Shown here piece after piece: positions 60,760 to 64,000 of a stretch of 64,000 bases of DNA. The position numbers and the translations under genes are program-made. Every line of letters starts with the position of its first letter. Positions within the stretch are counted from its first letter, which is position 1. Source of the stretch: Candidatus Omnitrophota bacterium (lineage in GTDB: Bacteria; Omnitrophota; Gorgyraeia; Zapsychrales; Zapsychraceae); the NCBI GenBank assembly GCA_050250375.1, contig JBFWOS010000003.1:17284-81283 (forward strand). Reading direction: 5' to 3'. The notes under the pieces are model-generated. The model was not told where the DNA came from. It ran no database searches and was given only the letters and a program-made list of their open reading frames with translations.

Positions 60760-61494
60760 TTATAACTTTGTGGAGTTTGACTTTCCCAGAAATTTCTTTT
60801 TATGCTTCTCGAATATGTCCTGAGAGGCCTCAAAATCATCGAGTCTCCCCAGGTCGAGCCAAATGGATTGAGTCTTAAAACAGCTTATCTTCTCACCGGC
60901 GGCCTTCATCCTTAAAATCAGGTCAGGCATCCCGATGTTTTCATCATCCTTAATAAAATTCCAACAACCTTTGTTCAACACATAAACGCCGATGCTGACG
61001 AATGACTTGTGTTCAGGCTTTTCAATATAGTCAGAGAGATCGCCCTTTTTATCCACTTCGATCACCCCGAAATCCGTCTTGACCACACGTTCCTTGATCG
61101 TAATCGTGGCCATGGCCTTTTTTAATTTGTGGTGTTTGATCAGCTCCTTAAAATTCAAATCTGTCAGGACATCACCGTTGATAACCACACAATCCGTATC
61201 CATCTTTTTGATTAACTTCAGGGCGCCGGCGGTCCCGAGCGGTTTGTGTTCTGTAACATAGGTAATATGAACCCCCCATTTCCGGCCGTCGCCAAAATAG
61301 GCCTCAATAAGCCCGGCCAGATGTCCGGTTGAAATAACAATATTTTTCAAACGGGCAGACTCGAGCTGACGGATGATCACTTCGCAGATCGGGTGCTCAC
61401 CCACCGGCATGAGCGGTTTGGGGATAACAGCTGTGTATGGTTTTAAACGGGTCCCTTTTCCTCCCGCAAGGATGATGGCTTGTATTTTAGACAT
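60760..61494 (-). CDS. sugar-1-phosphate nucleotidyltransferase
   Basis: AIILAGGKGTRLKPYTAVIPKPLMPVG is the NTP-transferase G-x-G-T-R-L signature. Confidence 0.7.
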   Translation of the reverse strand: MSKIQAIILAGGKGTRLKPYTAVIPKPLMPVGEHPICEVIIRQLESARLKNIVISTGHLAGLIEAYFGDGRKWGVHITYVTEHKPLGTAGALKLIKKMDTDCVVINGDVLTDLNFKELIKHHKLKKAMATITIKERVVKTDFGVIEVDKKGDLSDYIEKPEHKSFVSIGVYVLNKGCWNFIKDDENIGMPDLILRMKAAGEKISCFKTQSIWLDLGRLDDFEASQDIFEKHKKKFLGKSNSTKL

Positions 61495-62479
61495 TATAAA
61501 TATCCGTTTTAAATGATTTCATATTTTCTTTAATCCACTGACAGGTTTTCTTTAAACCTGTTTCTAAATTTACGGCAGGTGTCCAGTCCGTCAGCTGTTT
61601 AAGTTTTTCCGCGCTGCAGATAAGCCGTTCCACCTCACTTTTCTCCGGCCGCATCCGAGACTGTTCCGTGATGACTTTTACTTTTGAGCCGGTGATGACC
61701 TGGATCAATTCGAGCACCTCTCGGATGGACGTTTCCCGTCCGCTGCCGGAATTGATCACCTCACCATTCGTCTTGGAAGTTTCGGCTACTTTTAGAAACG
61801 AATCAACGGTATTGGCCACATAATTAAAATCCCGGATTACCTCTATATTCCCTAATTTGATTGTTTTTTGCCCGGCATAAATTTGGGAAACAATCGTCGG
61901 TATGATCGCCCTGGCCGACTGGCGAGGGCCGAACGTATTAAACGGTCTCAGCACCGTTACCGGCAGATCAAACGACCGGTAAAACGATAACGCCAGGCTG
62001 TCTGCAGCGGATTTTGTTGCCGCATACGGCGACTGCGGATTGACCGGATGCAGCTCATCAATCGGCGCGTATTGGGCTGTCCCGTAAATTTCGCTCGTTG
62101 AGGTGTGGACAATTTTCTTTACACCGCATTGTTTGGATGCCTGTAGAATATTCAGCGTCCCTTTCACGTTAGTGTCCACATAACTGTCCGGGGAATGATA
62201 ACTGAACGGGATTCCGATCAGGGCGGCCAGATGGAAAACCACGTCACAACCTTTGACGGCCGTCAAAACTCCATTCGGATCGCGGATATCCCCCGTGAAT
62301 ACATCCACTTTTTTTATAACATTCTTCGGAAAAATATCCATCCAGCCCCAACTGTTAAACGAATTATAAAACGCGAACGCCCTGACATCCGCTCCCAGGC
62401 CCACCAGTTTCTCAACCAGATGGCTGCCGATAAAACCATCAGCTCCGGTCACCAATACTTTTTTATTTTTCCAGTCCAT
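61487..62479 (-). CDS. NAD-dependent sugar 4,6-dehydratase/epimerase family protein (SDR-extended)
   Basis: KVLVTGADGFIGSHLVEKL plus a Y-x3-K region (YAATKSAAD). The ORF-track start at 62629 is GTG and would overlap the upstream gene by 148 nt. The ATG at 62479 (MDWKNKKVLVTG...) lies 2 nt after the upstream stop. Confidence 0.7.
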   Translation of the reverse strand: MDWKNKKVLVTGADGFIGSHLVEKLVGLGADVRAFAFYNSFNSWGWMDIFPKNVIKKVDVFTGDIRDPNGVLTAVKGCDVVFHLAALIGIPFSYHSPDSYVDTNVKGTLNILQASKQCGVKKIVHTSTSEIYGTAQYAPIDELHPVNPQSPYAATKSAADSLALSFYRSFDLPVTVLRPFNTFGPRQSARAIIPTIVSQIYAGQKTIKLGNIEVIRDFNYVANTVDSFLKVAETSKTNGEVINSGSGRETSIREVLELIQVITGSKVKVITEQSRMRPEKSEVERLICSAEKLKQLTDWTPAVNLETGLKKTCQWIKENMKSFKTDIYNV

Positions 62480-62481
62480 AG

Positions 62482-63918
62482 TTATACTTTTTCCGGTTGA
62501 ATGTGTATCTTCGAATGATAATACGCAAACGTCATCCCATACAGACTCCAGATCGGAATGGCTGTGTAAGGTATTTCCAAAACAATTAGAAAATTCGCCG
62601 CGACAAACCAGCTCAAAATCAATCCGCACAACAAAATCCCGGGGACTGATCTTATCCTCAGAAAGCCTTTAATCATTATAAATAAAACGGCCAGAATACT
62701 GAAAATGAAAACAATACCCACCATTCCCGCCCGGTAAATCATATGAAAAAAAGAATTATGCGCGGCCACCCAGCCATCGCGGCCCCATTCGCTCTTTCCC
62801 CAGTTTAAAATTTCAAGACTGACAGACCTTAAAGGCTTTCCGAAACTGAAACCAAAAACAGGCCGATATTTTCTTAACTCCGTAAACATGTCCCTCCAAA
62901 TGAATAATCTGAACACGGCATTATTGGCGTTTGCCTTGAATAATTCGTTTTGATTATGACCGTTAAACTCAATCACATCAACCAGCTGATCATCATTTTT
63001 CTGGTACCGATTAATGATTCCCTCTGATTTTTGCCAGTCAATACGATAATTCTTTTCCACGGGATCATTTGGGTTATAGACTCCGGGTTTAATATCGGAC
63101 AGCATGAAATCGCCCCTTTGTTCCTCAATTCTATTTTCAAATTCTTGATAAATTTTTATCAAACTTTTGTATTCAAAGATTGACCTCAGACGCTCTGTGC
63201 CAGCAAACTTGGTCATACCAAATCCGATTAAAACTAAACAAACACCCCCGATGGACAACTTAAGAACATGAGGCCACGTTAAGAAAAAATAACCCATGGC
63301 AATGATATACCCCGCAAAAATCAGATGGGCCAGTATCATCATTCTAGCGGTAACACATAAGTAAATATACGGCATAACGACCAAAAGAACTCCACCGAGG
63401 CATAACCTGACCAAGCGGTTGCGCAAACGGCTCAACAATACAGTCGCGAGAATGAACAATGACAATGTGTAATAAACATAATACTGTTTATTCAAAAAAA
63501 TTAGAAGAATGATCACAACCAAAAGTGTATTAGTCCATGCAGTAAAATATTTCTTTTGAAAAAAAGTGTACCCAAAGACAGCAAAGACAGGGTAATACAT
63601 CAATGCCGCATTTCTCAAAGCATGCGGCCCCCATTCGAGATAACCACAAAAGGCCTTAAAGAGCACAAAACAAAAATAACCGCTGATCAATAAACTCCAT
63701 TTATTAAAACCGCTTGATTGAACAAGTATTCGTAAGACGAATAAAAAAAAACAAAACATCAGTAAGAACTCACTGATAAAAACCGGAAAATTAAGAAAAG
63801 CGAATTGAAAATGCGTTTCAGCAAACGTGGAATCGAAAAGAACATACCCTATGGATACCACACCTATCGCTCCAAGGGCGCTCAGGTTTACCCAATCTGT
63901 TTTTATCTTATCAAACAT
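62482..63918 (-). CDS. polytopic membrane protein, divergent Wzy_C/O-antigen ligase-like
   Basis: About 12 TM helices and a ~150 aa periplasmic loop. The C-terminal block AAHNSFFHMIYRAGMVG matches the H-N...G-x-x-G spacing of Wzy_C proteins, but with Arg at the usually conserved Glu position. Confidence 0.45.
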   Translation of the reverse strand: MFDKIKTDWVNLSALGAIGVVSIGYVLFDSTFAETHFQFAFLNFPVFISEFLLMFCFFLFVLRILVQSSGFNKWSLLISGYFCFVLFKAFCGYLEWGPHALRNAALMYYPVFAVFGYTFFQKKYFTAWTNTLLVVIILLIFLNKQYYVYYTLSLFILATVLLSRLRNRLVRLCLGGVLLVVMPYIYLCVTARMMILAHLIFAGYIIAMGYFFLTWPHVLKLSIGGVCLVLIGFGMTKFAGTERLRSIFEYKSLIKIYQEFENRIEEQRGDFMLSDIKPGVYNPNDPVEKNYRIDWQKSEGIINRYQKNDDQLVDVIEFNGHNQNELFKANANNAVFRLFIWRDMFTELRKYRPVFGFSFGKPLRSVSLEILNWGKSEWGRDGWVAAHNSFFHMIYRAGMVGIVFIFSILAVLFIMIKGFLRIRSVPGILLCGLILSWFVAANFLIVLEIPYTAIPIWSLYGMTFAYYHSKIHIQPEKV

Positions 63919-64000
63919 CCTACAAATTCTGCGGATTGATGGTCCGCCGGGAAATTTTCTTGTCTATTTTATTGTTCTTTATAATTTTATATAAACCGGG

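Overview
This 64 kb window is a compact, gene-dense bacterial chromosomal segment of roughly 40-45% GC. Nearly every gene is on the minus strand, and many adjacent genes overlap by 1-30 nt. The single exception is a plus-strand GAF-GGDEF diguanylate cyclase gene (31578-32747) that converges on smc.

Most of the content is housekeeping:
- An HEXXH metallopeptidase gene truncated at the window edge, followed by a PfkB-family kinase.
- Two separate tandem pairs of large multi-pass membrane proteins with C-terminal TPR arrays (2554-6623 and 39230-43694). The first pair resembles TMTC / DUF1736 GT-C glycosyltransferases.
- A DsbD reductive module with an atypical periplasmic redoxin.
- A long co-directional supraoperon (plsY, lepB, lepA, cmk, tyrA, DAHP synthase, hisC, pheA, scpB, ruvA, ruvC, yebC).
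- An RNase P RNA gene (rnpB, minus strand, about 23430-23825) that the ORF track cannot see. It sits next to rnhA and a coiled-coil zinc-ribbon (DUF164-type) gene.
- An elongator-type tRNA(CAU).
- cvpA-nif3-dnaG-rpoD behind a near-consensus sigma-70 promoter.
- A small excisionase-type HTH gene followed by acpP and smc; fabV; glgC.
- pgk-tpiA-secG running straight into an oppABCDF peptide ABC transporter.
- A 12 kb glycan locus (GDP-fucose genes gmd and fcl, a WbaP-like priming transferase, GT26 and GT4 transferases, epimerases/dehydratases, a sugar nucleotidyltransferase) containing three Wzy_C / O-antigen-ligase-family membrane proteins.

I found no CRISPR array, integrase, transposase or recognisable defence system. 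The candidates for novel biology are the rnhA / zinc-ribbon / rnpB trio, the paired GT-C/TPR membrane proteins, the triple Wzy_C glycan locus (possible protein O-glycosylation), the atypical redoxin beside dsbD, and an operator-like palindrome upstream of the HTH-acpP-smc unit.

The ORF track treats GTG and TTG as start codons. Several of its starts are therefore N-terminal extensions, and I give the likely ATG starts where I could resolve them.
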